Shown: piece by piece, positions 1-21,613 of the stretch | Layout: each line of letters starts with the position of its first letter | How positions within the stretch are numbered: position 1 is the first letter of the stretch | From: Paraspadella gotoi | Lineage: Eukaryota; Animalia; Chaetognatha | Assembly (NCBI GenBank): GCA_051294375.1 | Contig: CM119263.1 | Coordinates: 17,342,171-17,406,170 of the forward strand | Direction of reading: 5' to 3' | DNA length: 64,000 nt | Notes under the pieces: model-generated | Database searches by the model: none | What the model saw: only the letters and a program-made list of their open reading frames with translations | Told to the model about the DNA's origin: nothing | Program-made: the position numbers and the translations under genes

Positions 1-7
1 GACGAAC

Positions 8-431
8 ACGACAAAGGCCTATCGCAAATAAAAATCAAAATACACACGAAAAAAAAAGAACACGGTTGAATGCCGTTATCTGCCACCGGCACGTAAATCT
101 GTTAAAAAAATTCGCTTCAAGCACTGATTTTTATCAGAGTTTTCTCGGACGGAACGATGGCAAAATCTGGATGTCACTTTTATCGAGGGTTAGACGGATG
201 ATATTGCCAGGGACAATGGTGAGGATAAAGATTGAGAACGACAATGAGAAATACCAGCACGACAATGGTTGATCATAAAGGCCTATCGCAAAGGAAAAAA
301 AATAAACATGGTTGAATACCGTTATCTGCCACCAACACGTAAATCTGTTAAAAAAATTCGCTTCAAGCACTGATTTTTATCAGAGTTTTCTCGGACGGAA
401 GGATCGCAAAATCTGGACGTCACTTTTATCG
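8..431. repeat. Local direct repeat, about 246-bp period, about 1.7 copies visible (may continue upstream of the window)
   Basis: The block ggttgaat..ccgttatctgccacc..cacgtaaatctgttaaaaaaattcgcttcaagcactgatttttatcagagttttctcggacggaa..cacttttatcga occurs at about 64-186 and 310-431; gcactgattt lies at 121 and 367. Confidence 0.9.
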
Positions 432-745
432 ACGATTATCTCGTCGTGTGTGTTTAGAGCGAGATCATAAATTATCATCATGATCTCTCAGATATTGCTA
501 GCTCATATAACCTCACGTTCCATTGGGCATTACAATTTCTGATCAAGCCTCAGCATAAAAAAATGGCCATAATTAGCATGACTGACTTTGTAAGCAGCCT
601 GATAACCACCAAAAAGTAAAAATCAAAAAAGCTAATCTCAAAATCTAAAAATACCTAAACAACCTTCGGTGGCCGCAATATAGAGAAGATTAAATATATC
701 ATATATATACATATCATGTATTTCATATTAAATATATGAAATATT

Positions 746-930
746 ATACCACTTCATAGATAGGGAAGCCAGGTACTCTGGGAGTGAATAAACGAGACAG
801 AGAGTCATTATCTTGTAAGAGTGATGGAGGCCTTAAACCACCAAAGCCTGTCCAAAGTCGAGGGAAAGATAGCTTATTTATTAAATGAATGAATAATTTT
901 TATATTGGTTGTAACATTTCATATATCATG
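746..930. repeat. Dispersed repeat fragment, probable transposon relic
   Basis: taccacttcat..gaagccaggtactc..gtcattat..tgtaagagtgatggag..ccttaaaccacc..aagcctgtccaaag..ttattaaatgaatg.ataatttttatattggttgta recurs at about 49303-49520; its first part recurs at 36778-36851 and its 3' part at 27445-27515. Confidence 0.75.
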
Positions 931-1566
931 AATATATTGAAGATTAAAAGTTTGAGAATCAAGTGAGATGCCGATTTTAACGAATTCAAAAAGAAATATA
1001 TCCGGAAGTCAACACTAACCTCCCTGCTAAAGTAGGTAATATTTGAAAATTGAAATGTTTTTCTTTAATAAACAAAAGTTTATTACTTTAAGAAAATTAT
1101 CACCTTTTCTGATTGAAAGATTTTGTGACCTCGCGTCCGGTCATTTTTAACTGGTCATTTTGTTGACCTTTTCACCGTTCTCGTCGCTTTCTCGTAGCCT
1201 TCTTTTAGCCGAAAAGATCGGCTGTATGGAACCGTAGTTTTTAGTGTAGAAAATGTTTTATACACTGATATTTTTTAAAAATGCCTTTAAAAGTATGGTA
1301 AAACAAGTATTTTGTAACTTTCATAGAAAAACAAAATTTCCCTTACAATGTTTGCTTTTTAAAACCATTGAAAGAAATTGAAACGAAGTAATATCTTCTG
1401 ACAGTGGAAATCCTTCGGAAAGAACCTCATTTGCATCTGACCCCACACGTTTGGAGGAAAGTCAAAAAATCTCATGTTTCTCCATCTCGTTCTATTTCTT
1501 AACCTTCCCCCCGCCCGCACCCTCTTTCTCGCTTCGCTTTTTTCATAAGATTTTCACGGATTCACG

Positions 1567-1752
1567 ATTTTTAGTTGCGCCGCGAGTACTCGCGGAGCAA
1601 CTCCATAAGTCACTTTTCGGTCGGTCGGTCCGTCGGTATGTTTGTCCATCGGTCTCTTCCACTTACCTTAAAAACGCTTATAACTTGCCTATAGTTTGTT
1701 GCTCATTTGTTAAAAATCAAATCTAAGCGACTACTGGCGCCACCTTTTGTTT
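1567..1752 (+). mobile_element. Helentron-associated (DINE-1/HINE-like) non-autonomous element, candidate
   Basis: T-run, then the 5' hairpin agttgcgccgcgagt-actcgcggagcaact, a (GGTC/GTCG)n microsatellite at about 1617-1655, a 3' partial inverted copy agcgact, the small palindrome tggcgcca and a T-rich end. This layout is characteristic of DINE-1/HINE elements. Confidence 0.5.
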
Positions 1753-3312
1753 TTAAAAAAAAGATAGTAAAAAAAAAAGTAATGCGGCGCAACACCTTGG
1801 AATAACAGTTCCTTGTTTTCCTTTTATTAACCGTCATGAAGATATTTTTTTCCAATTTAAATAATCGATATGGAATATTCCTATTCATCTAATATCTCGA
1901 CCCAAAACAGAAAAACCCTCGCATACAAATTTAAAAGAGAAAACGACGAAAAAAAGTTTTTAAAACGTAAAAATGCAGTTATGTAATATCATCGCAGGAA
2001 ATGGACCAGTAGATGGTAGTTATTTGATATATTTGTCTTTCTCTTTTTGATAAATTGGAAACGGCGCTTTTCAAATTTGAAATACGGAAATTTGGGGAAA
2101 AAAAGGGAATTGAAGCGGTGTCTCGAAACGAAATTCATAATAAAACGTTGGGCATATGATATTATTGTACAAAACAATTTATGCAATCTATCATATCATT
2201 CCTGAGTCTTTTGGTTTTAGTTTCAACACAAAAATCAGATCGTCCGGGCCTTAGACTGAAGACTCCAAATGGGAAGACTTGTAATAACCGTTTAACCGTT
2301 TGGAGGCAATAACATACATCATAACATAAGACAAACGCCTCATAAAGCATAAACTTTAGGAAGGAACTTTTATTCTTTTCAACCTTTACTCATATATTTT
2401 AGACATTCAATGATCGCATTTTACTCGGTACTTACCTTTATAAATGAGTCAAGAAGATAGTCTTCGAGATTTAATCCAATTAAATTGATTAAATAGATTA
2501 TTCCTCGGTCTTGTTCTTTGTTTTTTTTTTCGGTCTTTGTAATGATCGTTTTTGATAGAAAAGTGTTTTTATTTAGGTAGAAAGATGATACGTAATTAAC
2601 CCTAATCGGCCTGAAATGTAAGTCAAAAGCTTTTTTTTTATTTTGAGTGATATTAAAACAACTAGCGAACAATACTTTGAACTGAATCAGAAGTCCAATC
2701 TCTGATACACAGTCGGTAAAAAATGTCGGAAAGGTTCTAAAAATAAAAACAATAGCAAATTAGTTCGATAGTACAATTTCTTTACTGAACGAAATTATTT
2801 TCGTTGCAACTCAGAAAACAATCCTTCTCCGAAAAAAAAATGTTTTCAAGGTCTTTTTAAAAGTCGTTCAAACACTCTTGGTTTGGTGGAACCCAGAAAC
2901 ATAATAGACACCAACACCATAGTGTTTCTATGACAATATTCGCCCCACTTAGTTCAGTCTCTGACGCGCGGGACCGACGAGTCCGTAACTCCTCATAGAA
3001 AATGACTTATAAAACACATCTATTACGATACCGGGTCACGATGATGTTTTTCTCCGCAATATTTATTTCCTCCTTTTAAAAAAAACATTGTCTCAATGTA
3101 ACGATGCCTCCGTGGACAATTTTTTCAAAAAGACGCTTCACTTACTTTTTCGCAAAAAAACTTTTTCCTCCCAAATGATTTTAACGGCGAAAATCGCTGA
3201 AAAAAACTCTTTCTTTAAAAAAAAAAAATCGTCTCGAAAAAAAAAGTCGGAAGTGACGAGACGACTTTGACGCCGCGAAACGAGATCACGTGACTCGGAA
3301 CACGAGAAAGGA

Positions 3313-3770
3313 TTGGCGCGGGAGACGCGAGGAGGAGTGTGGAGGAGTGGCGAGTGCGGAAGAAGGGGGAGGGTTTGTAGGAGTGGTAAGAGCAGAGGAA
3401 GGAACTTGGTTTGCAGAATGCGGAGAAAGGAGTGGTTGGAGCATAGGAAGGAAGTAGGCAAGGAGGAGTGGCGAGATTGGAGATCGGAGGAGGATTTGGA
3501 GCAGTTAAAAAAGAGTGGAGAAAATAGGTGTTAGGATGAGTTGCGAAGGTGAAGTAAAGAGGAGGTTATGAACATTTCAAGAAAGAAAAGGAGATGACGT
3601 GAGGAGATAAGAAGAGGAAGATCGTGTTGGAGGATTTGAGTTATTGATTGAAAAAAGAAAGGTGGTAAAAAATGAGGGTTTGCAGGAGTGGCGAAAGCTG
3701 AGGGAGAAGAGTTTGTAGGAGTGGCAGGAGTTAAGGAAGGAGGGTAGGCATGTGTGTTCAGGGCTGAGGA
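3313..3770. repeat. Purine-rich low-complexity tract with degenerate gtttg(t/c)aggagtgg repeats
   Basis: Strong G/A strand bias; the motif gtttg(t/c)aggagtgg recurs at about 3373, 3677 and 3711. Confidence 0.6.
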
Positions 3771-4040
3771 GGAATAATAATGAGGCGAAAAGTAAAAGGC
3801 TCTATTCGCGGTTTAGTGTAAAGAAAGCAAGGCTGATTAGGAAAGGGAGTGGCCACGTCTGAATGGTGGCCCAAACAAGGTCGCCTACTTAGAAATCGCG
3901 ATGTGCTCGTGGGAAAGAGAGGTTTTACCAGAAGAAAGGAAATAAAAACAGAAAGTACAGAAGACATATGTTGTAAGAGGTTAAAAATACCTTAATTTTC
4001 TCTGCTCTGACATTCTGTTTGAGTGCTTGTTGTAACTTCG

Positions 4041-4219
4041 TAGTTACTTTGAAAAAATCACTGCTTCGTAACGGATAACCACTATTAACCAAATTTACAC
4101 CAATAGTTCCTTTTTCTATGAATATTATTCACTTATAATAATCTTTCATTTTAAGCAATCTAACTCTGATTTATTTTCATAATGTTTTTGGGTGTGCCTC
4201 TTTTTCTGCACGAGGTCTG
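4041..4219. mobile_element. Right-end fragment of the Tc1/mariner-type MITE family also found at 52040-52824
   Basis: Aligns to about 52635-52824 (aaatttacaccaatagttcctttt..attattcacttataata..ataatgtttttgggtgt) and ends in ggtctg followed by TA. Confidence 0.75.
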
Positions 4220-4638
4220 TAAGCTAAAAGGGAAAAAATAGAAAGAGAGAGAGATAGGGAGAGAGAAAGAAAGTGAGATTGATTTGAATTTCATTTATTA
4301 TACTCCATAAAGCGAGTTAAACCACTTTACAATCGAAAATAGATTGTGATCGAGCTGTACATAGATAATAAGTACCTAAAAGTATGTACATTGAAATAAA
4401 AGAGTTATTTATAAAGTTATTTAAAACGCATGTTAATAACAAGGTGATGAGTTACTTATTTACAAATCACAACATATGGAAAGCTTTTCTATATTTGACA
4501 TTCAAACTTGTGCGATATTTCGAATAATTTTAGTCAAAGTTACATAGTTTTTATAACGAAGTTATAAAAATTTAATTTTACTGTCTGTTTCAGAAAAAAT
4601 ATGATGTTTTGAAGTTTTATACAATAATTGAGTTCGAT

Positions 4639-4639
<1 letters not shown>

Positions 4640-4692
<53 letters not shown>

Positions 4693-4705
4693 GAGAGAGA
4701 GAGAG
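4640..4705. repeat. (GA)n microsatellite; similar tracts at 5227-5276, 9633-9663 and 9785-9828
   Basis: Direct reading of dinucleotide runs. Confidence 0.97.
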
Positions 4706-5222
4706 GAAGTACTGACAAAAAGATGGATTGACTGACAAACAAACAGAGAAACGGAAACGGCTTTAATGCCAACTCTCGTGGCTCGATTAAGTTCAGTTCT
4801 CGAAGATGATTTACTCCGACAAATACGGCAGCAAACGCGAGTTTCCGCTCGAGTTTCCGTCATTAGAGACGGCGCCGCCCTCTTGGATTTCGTCGTCGTC
4901 GTCGTCGTCGTCGTCGATTTAAACGTCAGGATCGTGTTTTTTTTGGGTTTTTTTTTGTAGTTATCACGTGACGAAAATTACTTTAATGAAGGTTGAATGG
5001 AAAAAGGTAATTGGGAAGGACGCGGGATTCGCACCAGCCGAATTAATGGTCACCGTTTTAATCCCTTTCATCAGAAGAGAGAGAGAGGAAAAGACTAGAT
5101 TGAAAAAGAGAAAAATAGGAATAATAAAATTACTGAAGCCTGAAGAGACGAAAAGATAAAAAGATTATTGAAATTTTTCATTTCTTCAAAATTAATTAGC
5201 CTTCTCCTCCCAATATCTTGTA

Positions 5223-5278
<56 letters not shown>

Positions 5279-5778
5279 ACAATATCATCAATGGCTGATT
5301 CAAAGGATCCCACTTTTTACTTTGGTGATTTCTTACTCAGAGTTTAAAAAACTTTAAGTTTTAACCATGCACATTGCACAATCAATAGTCAATTAGTCAT
5401 ACAAGAGTCACCTGACACTCCGACGCTTATCCTATTCGTCATTGTTAAATCTTTATATACTAATGGCGAAATATTTTGGATTTTTATAAAACGCAGAAAA
5501 GCGAAGGATGAAGGTGACTCGAAAAAGGATGGAACGAAAGAGCGGAAGGAAAACGAGCGGAAAGCGGATCGAGATTAAATCAACTCGCGGCCGCCGGAAA
5601 AATATGGCGGGAAAAACCCCCTCGGGATCTTCGACGCTGATGATGTTTTTGCTTCTCTTTTCCTTTAAAAGCTTAAGCAGCAGACACGAGTAAAGCCCAT
5701 GCCGTCTTAACCGATGAGCCACTGTGTCAGGCCTCGAGTAAAGACTCTCCTTTATTCGGAAAAAGTGTCAGGAGAGAA

Positions 5779-6071
5779 GACAATCCCGCGGCGAGGCTTT
5801 ACCCCTGGCAAAGCCAACGACTGATAATCCCGCGAGGCTTTACCCCTGGCAAAGCCAATGACTGATAATCCTGCGAGGCTTTACCCCTGGCAAAGCCAAC
5901 GACTGACAATCCCGCAAGGCTTTACCCCTGGCAAAGCCAATGACTGATAATCCCGCGAGGCTTTACCCCTGGCAAAGCCAACGACTGACAATCCCGCAAG
6001 GCTTTACCCCTGGCAAAGTCAACGACTGACAATCCCGCGAGGCTTTACCCCTGGCAAAGCCAACGACTGAC
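5779..6071. repeat. 41-bp minisatellite, about 7 units, each with an internal hairpin
   Basis: Unit GACTGA(C/T)AATCCCGC(G/A)AGGCTTTACCCCTGGCAAAGCCAA(C/T) starts at 5819, 5860, 5901, 5942, 5983 and 6024, plus partial flanking units. GGCTTT/AAAGCC form a stem. There are no spacers. Confidence 0.95.
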
Positions 6072-6932
6072 GAGACGGAAACGAAAGGCCTTCGCAAACT
6101 TTCTCTGTGTCGCTCAAAAAAGGGAAAACGTGTAGTCGGTGGCGCCTCTCGCTGTGGGAGGTGAAAGTCGCCTTCTTCGGGTTTTTTTTATACCCGAGAA
6201 AAATCGATCGTGAGTCGAGAGAGAAGAAAATGGATCGACTCAAGGTGTCAAAACAGATCACGGCCTCGACACCAATTCACAAAAAAATAAATATATAAAC
6301 ATTTATAAAAAGTCTGCGGGAGTCAAATAGTATAGTAAACAAACTACTGTCTCTTGCTTATTCTCTTCCTTAATCTTCTTCTAATGTTCAGTTCCAGGGA
6401 TTATGGGGATGACCAAACATTAGCTCCAAATGTGGTGCTTGAATCGAATGGAGGTCCATGCGAAAATGGGCGAAAATGATGATCGGACAGAGATGATGTT
6501 CCGCGTTGGACGTTGGACGTCATGGGAGAGAAATCGTTAAAAGACGTGATGTGACGAGAAGAGATTTGATACAGCGCCGCAAAAATCACCATTGAAGGTG
6601 GTCGGGTGGGAAATAGGATATGTTTACGGCTAAAGTATCAAAATATCAACGAGGGCAATGGCACGACGACGACGACGACGATAAAAACTTAGTCCAACGA
6701 AAAAAAAACCGAGAAGGATAAAATCCTCAAAAATAGTGAGAGAAGAGTCAGCATCAACGATGGAACTGACCGATTCGGTTTAATATTTTTTACTAAAACA
6801 TCTGAAATATCACAACTTATATTAACACTAAAAAAATTTATATAATAAGAACATAGCGCTAAAAGCAAATAAATTCCTTAGTTGCGGAAAAACTACCACG
6901 ACAAATCGCAGAGGCAACTTCACCCGCTGCGA

Positions 6933-6991
<59 letters not shown>

Positions 6992-6996
6992 GTAAC
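6933..6996. repeat. (GGC/GGT)n trinucleotide repeat
   Basis: ggcggtggtggcggtggtggcggcggc(ggc)n ggtggt read directly. Confidence 0.95.
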
Positions 6997-8318
6997 GGCG
7001 TTTCGCTGCCAGTTCTATTACGTGGAAAATCACAAAATACGAGAGACTAAAAAGGAAAAAAAATAACCAGAAAAGATTTATTTTTTCGTAAAATAGATTT
7101 GCGAAAGCGAAATAAGTAATTTTCGCGATTTTTTTGCCGGCAGGCGTCTCTGGTGACGACGTTATAGAGGCGACTTTCGGGGTTCAAGATAAGGTCGGGG
7201 GGGGGTGCAAAGTGCAAAGCGAGGATGTTATAGGGTAGAGGCGAGAGATAGAATCGCAAGAGAACCTCGCGGAAAGCGGCTGGGGGTGAACAACCGGCAA
7301 GCAGCTGAGGCGTGAAAATAGAAAGCTTCTTTTCAGAGAAAACGAGCGAGATAAGATGATGTGAAAATGAAAAAAGACTAAAGCCCTCGGTTTTGCTTTC
7401 TGCATTGTATTTGCGGACAGGAAAATCCTTGAACGTATTGACAAAATTTCCAGTTTGATCGTTTTTCTCCTTCGATGATTTGACTTGCTTTTTGTTCTCG
7501 AGTAAATGCGACAAAATAAGATGTTTTTGCGTCTTTCTATTAGTTTATAGATATATTTTTTAAAAATTTTAAATGAGTAAAGTATTCAGGGGCCTCATTA
7601 ATCACAAAATTATTAATCATAAGAGAAAAGCGTATTATCATTTTTCATTATTTTTCTTTCGTTCCGTAGTCCCATCCCACTTTGTTTGTTACTTGGGTAT
7701 TTAATCTTCCTTATCTTATTTCCTCACTTCCTTCCACGCCATCCGAGGTTTTAATTGGCTCGGGTCTCTGTATTCGTGACTTACGACGATTCTGCTGAGA
7801 GTCGACAGCGCGCGAACTCACCTCAACAAAAGAGATTACTCAAGAATTATGATTTGGTGGCCGAGTGGAGCGGAGAGGGCAATTGAAAAAGCAGAGGATA
7901 AAGAAAAGATAAAGAAAAGAGAGAGTGAGAGAGAGATTATTGTGGCGAATCGTTGAAGGTCAAGAGACTTATAAAAACTGTTATTATGGTAATTCTATTC
8001 AGGTTGACAGTTTCCTACCTTCTTCATTCACTCTATGTATCAAATTCGTACAGTTAAGTTTTCATTTTGTTAAGTTACTTAAAATAAATTTAATAAAGCA
8101 AATAAATCATTTTAGGCGAAATGGTACCGGACGACTAAAGAAACCCATTAATAAAGTAAGACATCTATGATACGCCCAGTGGAACCCTTTTTCTAATCAT
8201 TTATCCCGGTTATTCACTCAAGAGACAGTAATAATTGTTATTAGTTAGTGACAGAGCCGTTATAAGCGGTCCCTGAGCTTCGGATCAGGGAACAAGCACC
8301 TCGTCCCTCTTAACTGCT

Positions 8319-8393
8319 TGGCGATTACCGAGCTAGAACCCCGGACCTTTGGGTTGGGAGGTGAATGACTTGCCTTCGGCACTAATGCCCGCC
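8319..8393 (-). mobile_element. tRNA-derived SINE-like head, candidate
   Basis: The minus strand reads GGCGGGCATTAGTGCCGAAGG..GGTCCGGGGTTCTAGCTCGGTAATCGCCA. It is tRNA-sized, has A-box-like and B-box-like motifs and GGCG/CGCC ends, but forms no clean cloverleaf. Confidence 0.4.
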
Positions 8394-8514
8394 GATGAAC
8401 GGTTGGTGGATTTTACTCCACCATAGCATATTTAATCAGGAGACATGACTTTTTCTTTTTATTTTAATTATAATCCCCATTGTGTTAAGCCTTTCTTTTT
8501 GTTGTTTGTTTTAG

Positions 8515-8600
8515 ATTTTCGTGAAACAACAATTTAATTTTGGATAAAATTGGACATGTTTCGGCTTTTATCCAAAATTAAATTGTTGTTTCACGAAAAT
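8515..8600 (-). mobile_element. Perfect 35-bp inverted repeat whose loop is the 3' half of a Penelope-type hammerhead
   Basis: Arms 8515-8549 and 8566-8600 are exact reverse complements. The loop ttggacatgtttcggc reads GCCGAAACATGTCC on the minus strand, and 15 nt are identical to 52256-52270. Confidence 0.7.
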
Positions 8601-9632
8601 TTCGTTTCACTTAAATTATAATCCCCGAAATTCACTGATTCATTGCTTATGTATGAACGCGTCTCAATGCGAAATGGTTCACTCAAGACAAGTGACTTTA
8701 TCAGCAAACGAATCACTCTCCGTTCTCCAATCCCTATTTCCACCTTCCGCCTGAACGCCTGTAAGAGTCTCCCGAAAGAGCATTTTCCGTTTTAAAGCAT
8801 TTTATTTTAAGCGGCTCTCGTGGCGGCCTTTTAATCGGATCAAACGCTCAAATTGAAATAGCACACAGATGCTTTATTTCGTTCACAAAAACTTACTCTT
8901 GAGTCATGATGTTTTCGGCATAGCAGCGCAGAGAAAAAAAAAAAACCAGACAAAATAATTAGGGGGAAAAAATGTATTGGTTCGTCTGGCATTCGGCTCG
9001 ACGAGTGACAAATGGCAATTTAGCGAAAAAAAATGGAAAATTAAAAGCGCGAGTTAAAACCGTAAAAATTTTCAGATCGACGCCCTTAGAGTTAGAAATT
9101 GCAACAAGTTTTGATTTATTATTTCATCACATAAACAATTTATACATGGTAGTAACCGTTTACTTCGGAGGCCATTACGCGATTAGAATACTCACATATC
9201 TCCATTGAACTAATCCACTGACATCTCCGCCCCCCTCCTCTCTGTCCGTGAACCCTCGATCGCCCCTCACTTTATCCTCTCGCGATTTCTTATCACGTGA
9301 CCGTCTTCTCGGTCAACTCGGTTCAAGTCGAAGGAAGGCCACTCGACCCGATCTCATTCGCTCCTATCTTCTTTGCCAAGAAAAAAAAAAGGAAGATACT
9401 GTGGACGAACAACAATACAACAATACCGCCAATTGCGAACTCAGATCGAAACTTCTCTGCCCGGTTGAGACTTCTGGTGAAGTGCGTTTGATTCGTGAGA
9501 ACAAAAATGAGTTTCGTTGATTTGACTCGGGTTAAAGAAAATTTGCTTTGTTTCACACGTCTTAGACTGAGGGAAAGAGTCTGCTTTTTCCATGGTTATT
9601 CACATCACACGGCACCATTTGTTCTCACCGAT

Positions 9633-9663
<31 letters not shown>

Positions 9664-9788
9664 ATCGACTGTCTGACCTGGTTCTCCTTGACAAGGTTGA
9701 TAGGATCAGAGAGTCGTTGAAAGGTGAGTTGTCGATGGCGACGGAGTCAAACAAGTCAGTTCGGGTCGGTCAAGTAATAAGCTTAGAG

Positions 9789-9832
<44 letters not shown>

Positions 9833-10676
9833 GTTGTAAACCGAGAGGGGTCATTCCGGTCACGTGATGATGTCAAATGCTTCATGTTATCGTTGAAATG
9901 GGGGGGAGGTGGGCGAGAGGAATCCGAGGCAGCCAAGCGAGGATAAGTGAAGCCGACGTGGGGGAAGAGAGACCGAACCAGAGGGAGGGATTTTCCAATC
10001 TCCCATCTTTTTCTTCTTTGACCGATGATTTTATACATACAATTAAGAGTTACTCGAAGCAATTCTCTTTTCTGTCGACGCAAATAAAAATTCAATTCGC
10101 AATCACAACGATCGATGTAACTCTAGGGGAAATTCGGGAAATTCTAGGGGAATTTATTTCTGTCAACTGAGCGCATTTGTTTCTCTTTGCCAATCCCACG
10201 GAGAAAACGCTAAAGTGGATACTCGTGGAAAAATCGTCGACAAACTAAACTAAACAAAGTAGTCAAATCGCAAACGCCATATTCGAATTCGAAAAAAAGC
10301 AAAAAGTACGTACAATGTAACTTAATTTAACCGATTTTAACAGATGGATTGATGAGTGTTAAAGATTAAACTTTTCATAAAAAAAATTTGAACTAAATTT
10401 TCCATTTTTATTTTTATTTTTTCGCCCTTTTACCGTTTCAAATTTCTGTAAAATCAGAGCTCTTTGGAAAAGAAAGTCCATCCAAGTGAAAGCGAGTCAA
10501 AGATAAGATTTTTTTTCTTTCAGCTGCGGAATAGATCTTACGAATTGGAAGCGACGAAGTGAACCGAACTCCGAGCAACTAGCAAGACATCCGATAACCG
10601 CTAAAAGCGATTTATCTGGCAGACCTCTTGGCATTAAAGACTTTATTAAATGGATTAAGCAGGACATTCAAAAAAT

Positions 10677-16587
<5,911 letters not shown>

Positions 16588-16992
16588 AAAATTGTTCAGT
16601 CAACGTAATTGGGGGCGAATTTTCTCCAGCCTGTTGCACACTGTTGTAGCTTTTTCCAGTTATGATTAAATAATTGTAAGAAATGTTGTGAACCAAAAGT
16701 ATTTGGAATCTAATATTTAAATTTTCTGAAAAGTTGTAAATTTTTGTAATGTTATTTGTTAAATAAAGCTGCTAAATGAAACAAAAAACTGAATACTCTT
16801 ATATTATGGGCTAATAAGTTAAGCTATCAAATGATTAGAGAAAAGTTATTAGGGTTAGGGAAAATAACTACCCTTAGCCTAAGCTACCCTTAACCCTAAC
16901 CAAACCTTACTGAGGTTTGATACTACTTAAGGGTTAATTAAGTTAATTAAGGAGTTTTAACAGGATTTAAAAAATTAAGTAATAAAAAAAAT

Positions 16993-17147
16993 AGGTTACT
17001 TTTACTTTCGCCAACCGGGGTTAGGGTTAAGAGTGGTTTAGGGGTGGTTTAGGGTTAGGGGTTGTTAGGGTTAAGAGGGTTTAGGGTATTTTTAAGTGGT
17101 TTTATAAAAGCCGCCAAAACCACGGTCGGCGAAAGCAAAATTTAGCC
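16993..17147. mobile_element. MITE with internal TTAGGG-like repeats and an 8-bp TSD
   Basis: TIRs aggttacttttactttcgccaacc / ggtcggcgaaagcaaaatttagcc; interior ggggttagggttaagagtggtttaggggtggtttagggttaggg; flanked by AAAAAAAT on both sides. A further telomere-like relic lies at 16846-16902. Confidence 0.8.
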
Positions 17148-17548
17148 AAAAAAATTCATTAAGGACTTGGTCCCATAGCAAATTCATCCTGTTAAATTTA
17201 TTATACTGTTAATATTGTTTTACAGTAATCTCGGTGTTTTAAAAACAAGTTATTGATATCGATAACAGGTTCTTTAAGACTGTTCATTCCATTAGTTTCA
17301 TTCTAACTCTTACTTTTCAAACAAAAGGCAGTTTTGTCACAGAGCTAAACGCAGCCCAATGGCAATGCTTACTCGGCCGTGCGACACATATCCTTAGCAA
17401 CAACACAACGATTTACAACGAGAATCACAGCTGGCGTTGATCTCCATTGCCGGCAACTTCAAAGACGGTTCCATATTGAAGCTAATCTAAGAAGGTTGAA
17501 AAATAAAACCTTACCAAACTGGGCTTTTCGTAAAGCGCTTTAACAAAG

Positions 17549-21052
<3,504 letters not shown>

Positions 21053-21613
21053 ATTGTTTCCAAACTAGAACAAATTGTTATTGTATCAAGATATTTTACT
21101 AATTCATTCCGTCATTGTGTATAATGATTAATTCTCGTTTGGTAGAAAGCAATCGTGCGAATTAAAACGATGGAGTATTGCGCTTAATGTTTTGAATTTT
21201 TAAGGGCTCAATCCGAAAGCTTAAGAATGGAATACGATGTCCGATTTTAGATTAAGTTAGTGGAGGACATTTTTACCGCACTTCAAAAATTAAGCTATTT
21301 AAGTAATATATCACAAACCATGAACGTTTTTATGTTTTTCCACCCAATTCTGGCTAGTTAATTTCCTCGCTTAAAATATTTTCAGCTCAAAATTATTAAA
21401 AATATTACACAAAGTAATAGATAATTACAAACAATTAGCTACAGCTACAATAACCCAAAAACCACACAAAACGCTATTTAGTCAATATTTATATAAAAAT
21501 AGTGTAAAAAGTCATTTTCAGAAAATTGTTCACACGTAAACGTGTGAAAAAGCTTTGTATCAAGACAATACAAAATTTATACATTAAAATAGAATCAGTA
21601 AATTTATTGCAAT

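Noticed and set aside
8-431. Retrozyme-like tandem monomer of about 246 bp
   Set aside because: No CTGANGA..GAAA hammerhead core found on either strand; only a small ctgat..atcag hairpin.
5779-6071. CRISPR-like array of palindromic repeats
   Set aside because: Units are contiguous with no unique spacers, there are no cas genes, and the context is eukaryotic.
6060-6100. Hammerhead-like CTGACGA..GAAAGGCCTT at the end of the minisatellite
   Set aside because: Neither stem II nor stem I can pair.
16846-17147. True telomere or chromosome fusion site
   Set aside because: The repeats are short and degenerate, and most are enclosed by TIRs and TSDs, so they are transposon-borne.
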